Assembly: GCA_951406725.2 (NCBI GenBank)
Contig: OX597837.1
Location: 45,694,001-45,758,000 of the forward strand
Length of the DNA stretch: 64,000 nt
Source: Octopus vulgaris
Taxonomy: Eukaryota
Direction: 5' to 3'
Below the pieces are notes generated by a model. That model saw only the letters and a list, made by a program, of their open reading frames with translations. It had not been told where the DNA came from and searched no databases. This document shows positions 15,213 through 28,795 of the stretch, piece after piece. The stretch's first letter is position 1. Each line of letters opens with the position of its first letter. Position numbers and translations under genes: made by a program.

Positions 15213-15614
15213 ATATATATATATATAACTAAAAATAAGGGTGTCTGAGAGACACCACCATGCCGAAATAGCAGTCAAATCCCTGACTCTAAAAACCACC
15301 TTAAATGTTGTGATATAAACATTGCTTGACAACCAATGCTGGTGTGTTTACATCCTCGTAACTTAGCAGTTCGGCGTAAGAGATCGATAGAATAAGTACT
15401 AGGCTTATAAAGAATAAGTCCTGAGGTTGATTTGCTCGACTAAAGGCGATGCTCCAGCATGGCCACAGTCAAATGACTGAAACAAGTAAAAGAGTAAAAG
15501 ATAGTTGATATTAAAATCAGATTTGTCTAATATGTCAGTGCGTCTTTTATGCCATCGAATACAGAGAATTAAATTCTAGCCCCCTCCTTCCTTCTCTCTC
15601 TCCCTCTCTCTTAC

Positions 15615-15743
15615 CTTCATTGGAATTCCTGTTACGGTGGTCGAAGACAAGTTGTAGTACTGCTGAACCAATGCTGCGAGTTTGTTGTACAGGATACGAC
15701 CGGCCTGAGTCACGTGAACCTCCACCGACAGTTGTGGAGACAC
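15615..15743 (-). CDS. INTS13: Integrator complex subunit 13 (asunder) internal coding exon, 129 bp
   Basis: Acceptor tatcttgcAG and donor AAG|gtaaga, phase 0-0. It encodes VSPQLSVEVHVTQAGRILYNKLAALVQQYYNLSSTTVTGIPMK, which matches human LSPVLTSEVHSVRAGRHLATKLNILVQQHFDLASTTITNIPMK as I recall it and directly follows the peptide of the 16938-17028 exon. Confidence 0.92.
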
Positions 15744-15971
15744 CTGCAAGATACACATATGTATATTTATTGTGTGAATGTGTGTGTGTGTGTGTGTCTG
15801 AGAAATTATGATAAACATGAGATGCAGTTTGCATCATTTGTTCCCTACATATGTTTCACCATTGTGAGTATTTGCATCCTCTGCAGTGGTCTTCATAAGG
15901 TAAGAGGATGCTAAGCCACAACGGTTCTTCAGAAGAACACTTCATTACATTATGTTTAGATACGTCAAATG

Positions 15972-16009
<38 letters not shown>

Positions 16010-16010
16010 A

Positions 16011-16228
16011 CTTTATTTAAAAGCAGCAGAAATATAACAAAAGCTGTTACTCGGAGTTTCACGTTCCCATTCGTCAGAGCAAAACTGTCCGACGAATGGG
16101 AACGTGAAACTCTGAGTAACAGCTTTTGCTATATTTCTGCTGCTTTTAAATAAAGCATATTACTCTACCTCTGCTATTTGAGTACTCTTTTTTCCACCTT
16201 GTTTCACATTTATGTGTTTACTCCGGTA
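16011..16228 (+). mobile_element. Fold-back element with hammerhead-like core, inside the INTS13 intron
   Basis: Arms at 16011-16075 and 16091-16155. Reads ctgt-CCGACGA-atgggaacgt-GAA-ACTCtGAGT-A-acag and is flanked by (TA)n. It is the same family as 51393-51621 and the decayed copy at about 46785-46922. Confidence 0.8.
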
Positions 16229-16937
16229 TATATATATACACATACATACACACATTGTTTGTAGTGGTGTACACATTTTATAAATAGTATTTATGCAAAA
16301 GCTGACTACTTTCATCGTTATTATGTTAAACTGTCGTATGTCCAGATTTGACCAAATGCATTGTCTTCAATATTTATTTTTGCTTGCCCTACCCACTTCT
16401 TTTGGTCAAACTGTCGTATCTCCAGCAGCTTCAGATGCCAAGATATCAAAAATTGTCAAAGTGTTGTACAACAGTTTTGTAATGGAATGGTGAAACTATT
16501 TTTTCATTTTCTGAAAAAGCAACGTTTTGGACTTACGACACTTTTGTTTAATAGCAACAATATATATACATCATCATCATCGTTTAACATCCGTTTTCCA
16601 TCCTAGCATGGGTTGGATGGCTTGACCGGGGTCTGGGAAGCCAAGAGGCTGCACCAGGCTTCAGTCCGATCTGGCAGTGCTTCTACAGCTGGATGCCCTT
16701 CCTGGACTCTATGTCCAGTCAGCCATGCCAAATCATTAGCATCCAAAGAGCTGCACTCAATCATATCATTCCGAGATTCTTCCACCATATTCCATCTTTA
16801 CTGTGCATGCATCCTAGTGCCAGCTACAATGGAAAACTAAAGACCAACTCTTAAGCAGCGTTTACCCATCAAGCAAAAACTCTGGGAACCAGCGACCTCA
16901 ATGGAATTACATACACACTCACACAATATACACCTAC

Positions 16938-17028
16938 CTCTTTGAGAGGTTTGTCTGAGAACTTCACTTCATCACCAACTGGAACAATATGCACCAGGAC
17001 CAGATCACAATGGTTGATCGGCAGAAGT
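16938..17028 (-). CDS. INTS13: Integrator complex subunit 13 (asunder) internal coding exon, 91 bp
   Basis: On the minus strand the acceptor is tcttcttacAG and the donor GAG|gtaggt. One base followed by 30 codons gives LLPINHCDLVLVHIVPVGDEVKFSDKPLKE, which matches human INTS13 LMQIQKCELVLIHTYPVGEDSLVSDRSKKE as I recall it. It ends in phase 0, in frame with the next exon. Confidence 0.9.
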
Positions 17029-17630
17029 CTGTAAGAAGATGAAACAACAAAGAACGTAACAAAACATAACATTAATTAAATAATTAATTAATTTACAATT
17101 ATAAAGACATGTTCTTAATTAATAGTTTTAAAGCGTAAGACAACTATAGTCATAATTGATTGATTTTTTTTTTTGTTGTTTTTGAGTCTTCTCAGTCATT
17201 AATTTTCTTTGTTTAATTATAGTTACATTATTGCCATCGTTGTTGCTGTTGTTGCTGTTAAGGCGGCCAGCTGGCAGAATCATTATCATGCAGGACAAAA
17301 TGCTTAGCAACATTTCATCCATCTTCATGATCTAAGTTCAAATTCTGCCACGGTCAACTTGGACTTTCATCTTTGTAGGTTCAATGAAATAAGTACCAGT
17401 TACGTACTGGGGTTGATATAATTCACTAGCACTCACGTCCCCCAAGTAGAATTTCATCCACCTTTACATTTCGAGACTGTTCAAATCAGGTTGCCCCCAA
17501 AATGTCTAAAAGCATTAGGTTTTTTGCGAAAAAGCTAGCGAATGTGTAGGACAAAGACAAAACAAAAAACAGAGAACGTTACACAATTACAAGTACAAAC
17601 AACAAGAAAATAACAAGTGCCTTTCGACTT

Positions 17631-17960
17631 CATCATCATCATCATCATCATTTAACGTCCGCTTTCCATGCTAGCACAGGTTGGACAGTTCGACCGGGGT
17701 CTGGGAAGCCAGGAGGCTGCACCAGGCTCCAGTCTGATCTGGCAGTGTTTCTACAGCTGGATGCCCTTCCTAATGCCAACTCTCCATAAGTGTAGTGGGT
17801 GTTTTTTACGTGCCGCCAGCACAGGGGCCAGAGGAGGCTGGCAAACGGCCTCGATCGGTTGGTGCTTTTACGTGTCACTGACACGGACACCAGTCAGGCG
17901 GCGCTGGCATCGGCCACGTTCGGACGGTGCTTTTTACATGTCACCAGCACAGGTGTCTTA
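17631..17960 (-). mobile_element. SINE-like family B with (GAT)n tail
   Basis: Reverse complement of ..ttaggaagggcatccagctgtagaaac..catggaaagcggacgttaaa(tga)n with internal ttttacgtgccaccggcac repeats. Copies lie at about 16570, 29870(+), 45050, 45750(+), 54120, 57795 and 63360(+). Confidence 0.8.
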
Positions 17961-18802
17961 ACTACAATTAACATTTGATTTTTATTTTGATGTTGGTGTT
18001 GACTTGTAAAGACGAATCAAATTGAGCTGACGTGTAGAGAGTGAAAGCCACACACAATGAGCTTCCTTTTAACGATTACATCCACAAGACTTTGATTGGT
18101 TCAGGGTTACACTAAAAGAAGACACCCAAAGAGACATGCATGGAGATATGTGGCTTAGTGGTTAGAGTGTTGGATTCATGATTGCAGGATTGTGGTTTCA
18201 ATCCCTAGGCCAGCAAACACTTCATTTACTGTCACTCCAATCCACTCAGCTGGCAAAAGTGAGTTATCCTGTGACAGATATCAACATCCCATCCAGGAAG
18301 TGGGGTTTACGTGTGATAGCAACTGAAAAAACTGGTCCTTTGAATATATATGACTCAGGAAGGATCTCAGCTTCTATTCAAGATGTCATTCAGCACAGAG
18401 ATAGAACTCTGTAAACACTACAAATATCGGAATATTATATTTAAAAAAAAAAGAAAAAAAAAACTAAATATAGCAGCTATCAAAAACTAGAGATATCACA
18501 ACATGCTGATATCCTAAATATAGACTCTTTGCTACAAGAAACCCCGTTGATTGATACTGTGTGAAAATCAATGACAAGACGATAAAAAAAAATAATGTAT
18601 ATAATGACAACAACAAAGATATCAAGAGAGATACGAGATGAAAGCAGATGAAAATATTTTATCCAAGAAGTCTTCATTTATTAATCAATGATTGCATTTT
18701 AGATTTGGTGAGAAACATGAGAAATATATATATATAATGGTTTTCTTTTATGTGTGCCAGGAGTATATAATGAAATACATAGATATCTAGATTTATATAT
18801 GC

Positions 18803-18837
<35 letters not shown>

Positions 18838-19479
18838 GGTTTCCGTTTATGTATACTCGGTGTATAAGATGCAGTACATAGAAATTATATATATATAATT
18901 CGTAGGAGTGACTGTGTGGTAAGTAGCTTGCTTACGAACCACATGGTTCCAGGTTCAGTTCCACTGCATGGCACCTTGGGCAAGTGTCTTCTACTATAGC
19001 CTCTGGCTAACCAAAGCCTTGTGAGTGGATTTGATAGATGGAAACTGAAAGAAGCCTGTTGTGTGTGTGTATACATATATATATAACCCTAACCCCAAAA
19101 GGATGAAAAGCAAAATTGACCTCGGTGGAATTAGAACTCAGAATGTAAAGATGGACAAAATGCCACTAAGCACTTTGTCCAGCATGCTAACGATTCTGCC
19201 AGCTTGCCACCTTAACAACAACAACAACAATAAGAAGAAGAAGAAGAAGAAGAAGAAGAATAAAGCTAATTATAACATTTCTAGCCTAAACACATGTCTA
19301 CAAATGTTGCAGGTGAGAAGTATAGTTGACCCCATTGACCTCAAGACATACAAAGTCCTTCTGCTTAACAAAAACTTCTTCAGAATTTGATTTTAAGATG
19401 TGAAAACTTATCACTTTACACTCTGAGCTATTCTGTCCAACACGCTACCAATTCTGACAAAAGTAACAACAACAACAAC

Positions 19480-19517
<38 letters not shown>

Positions 19518-20249
19518 TAATAATAATAATAATAATAATAATAGCAATATTATCAATGTAAAAAAAAAAATATCATTACAATAACAATTACGAAAAGTAA
19601 TTGTTAGAGACATATTAACAATGGAAAACAGATAATAACAATAATAATAACCAATAATAATTATTATAGAAATAATCATAATAATGATAATATCATTAAT
19701 AATATCATCAATATACAGCAATAGCAAAAGTGATATCAATATATTTCTCATATATAATATGTATTATCATAATGGCAGTGCTGTTGGTTATTGCATAATA
19801 ACAAGAATATTACATATTCTATATATATATATATAAATATATATACGCATATACTTATCTATATGAATATATAAAATTCATTTATATATATGTGTGTGTG
19901 TGTGTATGTATGTATTGTGGGGAATATAAAAAAAGAAACTGTGTGTGTGATAATAGCAAAATTGTGAAAATACAAAAACTTGGCAAAAAAATATAATTAA
20001 ACAAAAAAAACCAATTACTATCCATCACATGGAAAGTGATGACGGATAGAAAGACAGACAGATACATGTGTGAAATAAATGGACATGTAGAAGTATGGAT
20101 ATAAATTCTAGAATATATAAAAATAAAGACACCTCTATATGTATATATATATATATATATACAAACAGTGTGTGTGTATGTATAAATATACACACACACA
20201 TATATATATAGTAGGCATAATATATATAAAAATATTAAATATATATATA

Positions 20250-20640
20250 TACACAGACACATACAAATATATATATATAACAGGTATAATATATAACAAA
20301 ATAATATTTATATATATATATATGTGTGTATACAGACACACACACACACATATATATATATCTATAACAGGTATAATATATAACAAAATAATACTTATAT
20401 ATATATATATGTGTGTATACAGACACACACACACACATATATATATATCTATAACAGGTATAATATATAACAAAATAATACTTATATATATATATATGTG
20501 TGTATACAGACACACACACACACATATATATATATCTATAACAGGTATAATATATAACAAAATAATACTTATATATATATATATGTGTGTATACAGACAC
20601 ACACACACACATATATATATATCTATAACAGGTAAAATAT
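20250..20640. repeat. 87-bp minisatellite, about 4.5 copies
   Basis: The anchor caggta recurs at 20281, 20368, 20455, 20542 and 20629. Confidence 0.9.
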
Positions 20641-20669
20641 ATAAAAATATAATATAATATAATACAACA

Positions 20670-20707
<38 letters not shown>

Positions 20708-21119
20708 ATGATGCAGCAGAAAATGTGATAATAATTTATTTAGAACCAGAACCAAATTTGTCAATCCACCCCCGCCCTACCCCAACCCCCCAAAATAAGT
20801 TGAATATTAAACACACATACATGCAAGTGCATGAGCACATATGTGCATACCTAGCGGACTGGGTTTTTTTTTTACATATTTTATTAGGTTTTCTTTGTTT
20901 CTGTTTGCTGGGTTGTTTTTCTTTTTTTTTTTTTGCATTTTGGGTTGTTTTTTTTTGCTTTTTGGGGTTTTTTTTTTTTTTTTTTTGCTTTTTGTCATTG
21001 TCAGGATTAAAAGAAATAAATGAAAAATGATACAAAGTTTGTTATGAAAGGTAAGTGAAGAGAAAATTGATTAGAAAAGACTCAAGTTGTTTATTATCAT
21101 TATTATTATTATTATTATT

Positions 21120-21177
<58 letters not shown>

Positions 21178-21659
21178 TCATATTAATCTCTACCACTGCC
21201 ATCATCATCATCATCATCATCATCATCATGATGCAGGAATTAGGTGTAAAAATGTTAAATAAATGAAAAAGAATAAAAAAATAAAAAACTGATACAAAAA
21301 AAAAGAATGAAATAAAAAACAAAATGAAGATGTAAAAAAAAGGCAGATTCTGATTGAGAGAAGAGGAAAAAATGTATTTGGTTTTGAAAGTAATTTTGCC
21401 AACCAAACATTATCATCATTCATTTCGTCTAATGTTTTCTGGTTTTATATTAAGATAATATTTATACATTAGTGATGATGTTGGGTGTAGAGCTTGAAGC
21501 GTTGGGTTTACAATTGTCAGGTAGAGAGTTCAGTCCTTGGTCAGGGTGACATAGAGCAAAATTGAGTAAGGCACTTTTTTATTGTTTAGTTGCTTTAGTC
21601 CATTCAGAGAGAAATAGGTACCTGTGGCAGCCGTGGGGAAAGAAAAATCCTGTAATAGA

Positions 21660-21889
21660 TTAACCCTTTCGATACTGTATTTATTTTGAGATGCTCTGTG
21701 TTTCTTTCAATTACTTTAAATATAACAAAGAATTTAGTAAAATAACTTGGTTATCATTCAGCTAGTGTTAGGAACATAAATTGTGACTAAGGTTTGGTGG
21801 AAGATTTTTAATTCAAAACCTATGAAAACAACACATTTGTACAACAGAGCCAGAGCCAGTTTCAGTCGGGTTGGTAACGAAAGGGTTAA
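21660..21889. mobile_element. TTAA-flanked (piggyBac-type) MITE, family P2
   Basis: TTAA-CCCTTTCG.TAC ... GTAACGAAAGGG-TTAA. Other copies lie at 46008-46226 (truncated), 47622-47852 and 47876-48105. Confidence 0.88.
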
Positions 21890-23237
21890 CAAATGATAGC
21901 CTGGTATTCTCAAATGTTCAAACTCTTGAAAACCATTCTTGATTCTATGATACAATTTCCTATTTTGAAGGAATCTAAATTGAACAGAGATTTTCCTTCA
22001 AGATTTCATGTTAAATATATTCTTTGCACCAGCTTCATCATAATCAGGGTTATTTTACAAAATTTCTTCATTTCCAAAATTAATTGAAACAGGGTGTATT
22101 TCAACAAAAATATGACAATAAAAAGGTTAGAAGGATACAAATTAAACCCTTTCTATCAAAATTCCGTATGAAGTGAATATGGTAACAAAAGTGTTAAAAT
22201 GATTTAAATTAAAACATTCCTTCAAAATTTCATAATTTATGTTGCAAACACGAGTTTAATAATGAAAAAGATATTTGTAATGAATTCTTCATTATTTTAG
22301 AAATTAATTGAAACAAAAACTTGTTTTGCAAAAGAAATATGGTAAAAAAAAAATTCCATCAAAATTTTATGCTAATTTATATTTCAAACAGCAGATTGAT
22401 ATAATGACAAAGATATTTCACTGAATTCTGCTTATTTTCATACTTAATTGAAAGAAAGGCAGTGAATTTTGTCAGAAATATGGTAACAAAAGGGTTAAAG
22501 TGATCTAAACTGACTCTGGTGAGAACTGAAGATCGTTTTCTCTGGAAAAAAAAAAGAGAAAAATTGTGAAAAAAAAATATTAACAAAGGTCAGAAGAAAA
22601 AGACCACCTCAGTGAGATTTGAACTCAAAATCATTTGGGTTTGGGTTTTTTGGGGGGTGGGGGTGGGGGGTTTAAAAAAAAATAAATGTATTACAAATAC
22701 ATCTTTATTGTATGGGATTTTAACATAATAGTGTCTTGTTTGTGTGTGAGAAGGAGAGAGAGAAACGAAACAAGAGAGAGAGAGAAATATAGAACAAAGA
22801 GAAGACATACAAAGAAATGGAACAACATAGAGATAGAGATAATGACAGAGAGAGAGGGCGGGAAGGAGAGAGCGAGAAGGAGAAAGAGAGCAAGAGGGAG
22901 AGAGAGGCAGACAGAATGACAAAGAGAATCAAGGAGAGAGACAGAGAGAGAGAAACAGGAAGACAGAAAGAAGCATGTGGAGGTATTAAGCAAAAGAGAC
23001 AGATATAGAGAAATATAGAGAGAAACAGAGAACAGAGATGGGGAGAGAGAGAGAGAGACATAGAAGAGCAAATAGAAATAGAGAGAGAGAGAGAGACAAA
23101 AAATATTGAACAAGGCACAAAGATAGAGAAAAAAAACAGAGAGAATTGGCATCTCAAAACCAATCTTAAGACACACATCTCTATTTAGGGTTTAAAAAAT
23201 GTTTATTATTGTCATAATTTTTTAAAGAAGGTGTGTG

Positions 23238-23271
<34 letters not shown>

Positions 23272-23953
23272 CATGTATTTGTATACATGTGACTGCATGG
23301 CTGTTTTTATGTGTGTGAGAGTGGACGCATATCAGTACGGATACATGTGTATACATATACATTTGTACATACAGACACATATACACTCATACACACAGAT
23401 ATGTATGTATATATGCGTATGTTTATGCATACATATGCACATGTATGTCTACACATACACATCACGCACACACACACGTGTGTGGGTGTATATATGCACA
23501 CATGTGGTGGTGGTGGTGGACAGAACAAGAATGAACAAGAAAATTATGAATGGTACAATATAATTAACAAAATAAATGATTTCAGAAATGGAAAAAAAAC
23601 AATAAATATTAAATAAAACCGCTTATATTTTTTTATCAATATCATCATCATCATCATCATCATCATCAATAATAATAAATAATGGTGATGATGATGATGA
23701 TGATGATAACTATGATAATGATATTAATAATAATATTGCATCTGGGTCTCTCTCTCTCTTGCTGGCTAATTTTGAAAAAGATCTGGTACAAAAAACAAAA
23801 ATACAAAAATATATAAAAAAAAAAAAGGATTTAAAACAATAACAAAAATTATATACCATAATGTCCACTGGAAAAACAAAGAAAAAAACCCACAAACATC
23901 ATCATCCTCATCATCACCATTATCATTACTGTCATCATCATCATTACCACCAC

Positions 23954-24013
<60 letters not shown>

Positions 24014-24613
24014 GTATATGGGTGTTCCCACATACACACAGAATATTGTAATTCTTTTGTCCTCCGATTGTGCTTTTCACATCAAAATTAAAAAATACAA
24101 GCTTTCATTTTTTTTTTTTTCGGCTTAATTACATGTTTTTTTTTTAGTTCTTGTTCCATATTTTTTTTGTTTGCTTTATTATTGTTTTTTATTTTCATTA
24201 AATTTTTTTTCTTTTCTATATTTATTTCCTTTTATAATTGAATATTGGAATTATTTCAAAAATGAACAATACAAAAAAAAACCCCTGCATATATATACAT
24301 ATATAAAACAATATAAAACTTTAAAAGAATAAACAATGATTATAAATATATTTAGACATTAAAAATAAAGACAAATTACTAATATAAGGAGGAAAAAAAC
24401 AGAGACAGTCAGATAGACAGACAGGCAGACACACAGACAGACAGTGAAAAAGAGAGACAGACAGACATGCAGACAGACAGAACATAGTGTTTAACATTTC
24501 TTTGGTGATTATAAAATTACACTTAAGGTGTGTGCCTTCAGAAGACAAAGAAATAAATTATAATTATAGTGTGCTTCTGTGTATATCCTATAATATAATA
24601 TCATATTATACAC

Positions 24614-24998
24614 AGGCACAGGCGTGGCTCTGTGCTAACAAGCTTCCTTCCCAACCACATTGTTCCAGGTTCAGTCCCACCGCATGGCATCTTGGGCAAG
24701 TGTCTTCTATATAGCCTCAAGCCAACCAAAGCCTTGTGAGTGGATTTGGTAGATGGAAACTGAAAGAAGCCCATTGTATATATGTATGTATGTATATGTG
24801 TGTGTGTTTGTTCCCCCTAGCATTGCTTGACAACCGATGCTGGTGTGCTTAAGTCCCCGTAATTTAGTGGCTCGACAAAAGAGACCGATAGAATAAGTAC
24901 TAGGCTTACAAAGAATAAGTCCTGGGGTCAATTTGCTGGACTAAAGGCAGTGCTCCAGCATGGCCACAGTCAAATGACTGAAACAAGTAAAAGAGTAA
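24614..24998 (+). mobile_element. SINE family A, full length; followed by minus-strand copies to about 25410
   Basis: Colinear with 109-522. Confidence 0.9.
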
Positions 24999-26244
24999 AT
25001 CAGTCCCCAGTACATGTTTCGCAAAGTCAGGCACTTATTTTACTTATATCAATCCCCTTTTGCCCAACCACTAGGTGACAAGGACATGGACAAACCAACA
25101 GAAGTTGTCATATGGCAGGAGAGGGGGGAACGTCAAGCATACATGCACACATGCGTGTGCATGTGCGAAGTCACTCACAAGGCATTGGTCAGTCCAAGAC
25201 TGTAATAGAAGACACCAAAGATGTTGCACAGTGGGATTGAACTCGGAACCCTGTAGTCGCAAGTTTCCGTCTACCAAATCCACTCACAAGGATTTGGGCA
25301 GCCCGAGGCTAGAGTAGAAGACACTTGCCCAAGGTGCCACGCAGTGGGACTGAACCCAGAACCGTGTGGTTGGTAAACAAGCTACTTACCACACAGCCAC
25401 TCCTGCGCCTGATTATAAGGATAATATAGTCACATTATGATTGCGTGCTTTCACTGCACAACCGTGGCACAGACATATGTGCCTTGGGTGCAAAAGTGAC
25501 AACAACAACAACAACAACAAAAATAATAACAAAAGTCACAATAGCAACAACAACAACAACAATGATAATAATGTCAATAATGATAAAAACAAAATAACAA
25601 AAACAAATCCCAGATATTTCATTTTCAATATCCAATACTCTTACACTGTAGTGTTTCAATTCATTAGTACGTGCAGATAGACACAGAAAACCCAGCTTTT
25701 CCTCCTTTATTTTTTGATTTTCTTTCTGTTTTTTATTTTATTTTATTTGTTTTTGTTTTTGTTTTCCATTTTCCCTAATATAAAAGATCAGCCTTGCTCA
25801 TATCGAACATATTTCAAACATAGAATGAAGACGAAGAAGAGAAGAAGATGAAGAAGAAGAAGAAGAAGAAGAAGAAGAAGAAGAGAGAGAAAGAATGAAG
25901 GACAAACACACATTGCATAAATATAGATTGTCTTCGGAGTGGAAATATTTCTAAGTCTTTTTTTGGTCCTTTTTTTTAATGTTTACCATTGCACTTTTCT
26001 TCGTTTTCTTCACCACTTTTATTAGTTTCTCTCACTGATCTATGTGTGTCTGTGTGTCACACACAACACAAAACAACAACAACTACCAGATACAAAGAAA
26101 AAAAAAATGTAATAATTCAAAGGTGTGAATTATTTATATGATATGATGACTGAATGTGTCGAAGTACAAGAATGGTATCAGCAGAATGCAAGTAAGGAAT
26201 CTGCCTTAAAGAAATATCGAATTTTGTGTGCATATCTGTACATG

Positions 26245-26276
<32 letters not shown>

Positions 26277-26364
26277 CTTATTATTTACTTATAAATATAT
26301 TGTGTCCATATACACATATTTTGAGATATGATGATATGTGTGCACATGTCTTGATATATATATG

Positions 26365-26600
26365 TTATATAAAATCCATTCTGTCTGTCTGTGTGTGTGT
26401 CTTCTAGGATCTCGGGCATCCTCCATACGATTGCGCTCAAATTTGATATGTAGATACCGACAATATCAGGACGTGTATAAGTCTTGAAAAAATTACAAAA
26501 ATCAATTCTAGGTGAGAATGCAATTGATAAAGCCATGGGAACGTGCGTTTGTAAAATCGTTTTTCTTCGAATAGAAAAAAAGTCGAATTTTATTTCTTCA
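26365..26600 (+). mobile_element. Helitron/Helentron-like non-autonomous 5' segment
   Basis: tatataaaa..(tctg)n..atctcgg..cgattgcgctcaaatttgatatg is a typical Helitron/HINE layout, but no 3' terminus was identified. Confidence 0.4.
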
Positions 26601-27046
26601 ACAAGGGTCCCAACTGATATGATCAACAGAACTGCTTGCTTGTGAAATTAACGTGCAAGTGGCTGAGCACTCAACAGACATGTGTGCCCTTAACATAGTT
26701 CTCAAGGAGATTCTACATGACAAAGTGTGTGACAAGGCTGGCCCTTTGAAATACAAGTACTACACATTTTTTGTGCCAGCTGAATGGACTGGCGCAACAT
26801 GAAATAAGGTGCATATAATATATATATACATATATATTCAATATATAACATATGTCTTATATACTATGTAATATATATGTATATATGCAAAAATCCATAT
26901 ATAATGCATATGTATACTCTTTTTTTTTACTCTTTTTACTTGTTTCAGTCATTTGACTGCGGCCATGCTGGAGCACCGCCTTTAGTCGAGCAAAATATAT
27001 ATATTATATATATATTATACATATAAATATAATAAACGTGTGTGTA

Positions 27047-27086
<40 letters not shown>

Positions 27087-28795
27087 CACATATGCACACA
27101 CACATATGCACACACAAATATAGAACTGTTCTGATAGTATAAAGGTTTCCTTCAGTTTTTTTGAGATTTTATCATTTGTTTAAAAGAGCAGAGTTCCAAG
27201 GTTCATCATTGTATCTCAACCTTTTACAGTCTCATCTTGTGGACGAAGTAGCTGTTGGCACAGGTTGCTACAATTTCATCATATGCAGAAGACAATGGGA
27301 TGGATGGCAATAACATCACCGCTAACAGAACCTCAGTCTAAATGTGCCAAACTGCTATTATATAACAACTCCAAATACCAACAACATCACATCATCTGGA
27401 AAATAAGATGGTAAAAAGTCAAGATATATTGATGGGCCAAGAATCTTTGCTGTTCCAGACAAACTGTAAAAAACTCATGAGGAAAATTTGAAGAAAAAAC
27501 TGTATGAGTCCTTTCTCTTTTTGATGCAAAAGTGTTTGGCTTTATGCGTATTTGTCTTCTATTTCTAGCAAGTCAAACTGGTGCATAGATTCTTCTTCCT
27601 TGGTTGCAGTATGTTGTTGCTTTGATGCTGTTTCACTTGAGTAAGTTTTTGGGAGTTCCAGTTGAGAGTCATGTCCACTGTTTCCCTCCAGAAAGGACAA
27701 GAAATATATGAAGGCTGAAGAAAGTTGTTCTTGTTTAAGTCCAGATGAATTCTAACTACACAGAACTATAATCAAAGGCGTTCTAACCATGACCATCTCG
27801 TGTGCAGGAAATCCACAACTACATTATTACATATGTTATTTTCTAAGGTGGTGCAGTGTTGCTTGGGGGAGATTTAGCTGTTATAAACACAGGGACGGAA
27901 GCAGAGAGACAACAGATCAATAAGCAGACGGAGAGAAATTAAGGGCAAATGTAGACAAAGCATGTAGAGTCTTCATCACAGTTTCCCCAGTTCTTTGTCT
28001 TCGCATCATAAAATCTATCTGAAAAGAAAGAAAAAGAAAATAAATATAAAATAAAATGTCAATCAATAAATAAGGATTAAACAGAAATGGGGTTGGAAGT
28101 GGGGGGTGGGGTTCTGTAGATTTTTAACAAAATTGTTGTGAATTCTGATAATTTGGACATAGTTTATGTGAGTTTATGTGTAAAGGTATGTGACTCACTG
28201 GTTCAGGTGTTGCACTCACAGTCACAAGGTCATGGTTTCAATTCCTGGACCAGACAGTGCATTGTGTTCTTGAACAAGATGCTTCATTTCACTTTGCATT
28301 GCATTTATTTCTGTGGCACACCAGGCACCACCTGTACAAGCAAAGGTGATTTGATGGAGAGATAGTCAGCTAATCAACAGCACAAACTTTGGATCATTAT
28401 GAACAAATCCTCTTCTGTACAGGTTTCTAAGCAAGAAACTGTGTAACCCTCATCTGTCGTTTATGACAGAAAGGTCAAACAGGCTAATTTCAACATTGGA
28501 CACTTTCGTTCTTCCTTTCTTTCTTTCTTTTACTTGTTTCAGTCATTTGACTGTGGCCATGCTGGAGCACCGCCTTTAGTCAAGCAAACTGACCCTAGGA
28601 CTTATTCTTCGTAAGCCTAGTACTTATTCTATCAGTCTCTTTTGCCAAACCACTAAGTTACGAGGACGTAAACACACCAGCATCGGTTGTCAAGCAATGT
28701 TGGGGGGACAAACACAGACACACAAACATATACACACACATACATATATATATATATAAATTAGAAAAAAAACACCTTTTGTCAATTCAATAATA

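Noticed and set aside
15547-15837. 96-aa ORF frame (GVSTTVGGGSRDSG..)
   Set aside because: It is an alternative frame over the INTS13 exon; the VSPQLSVEV frame is the homologous one.
19085-19097. Telomeric repeat (aaccctaacccc)
   Set aside because: Only about two units, at a SINE boundary.
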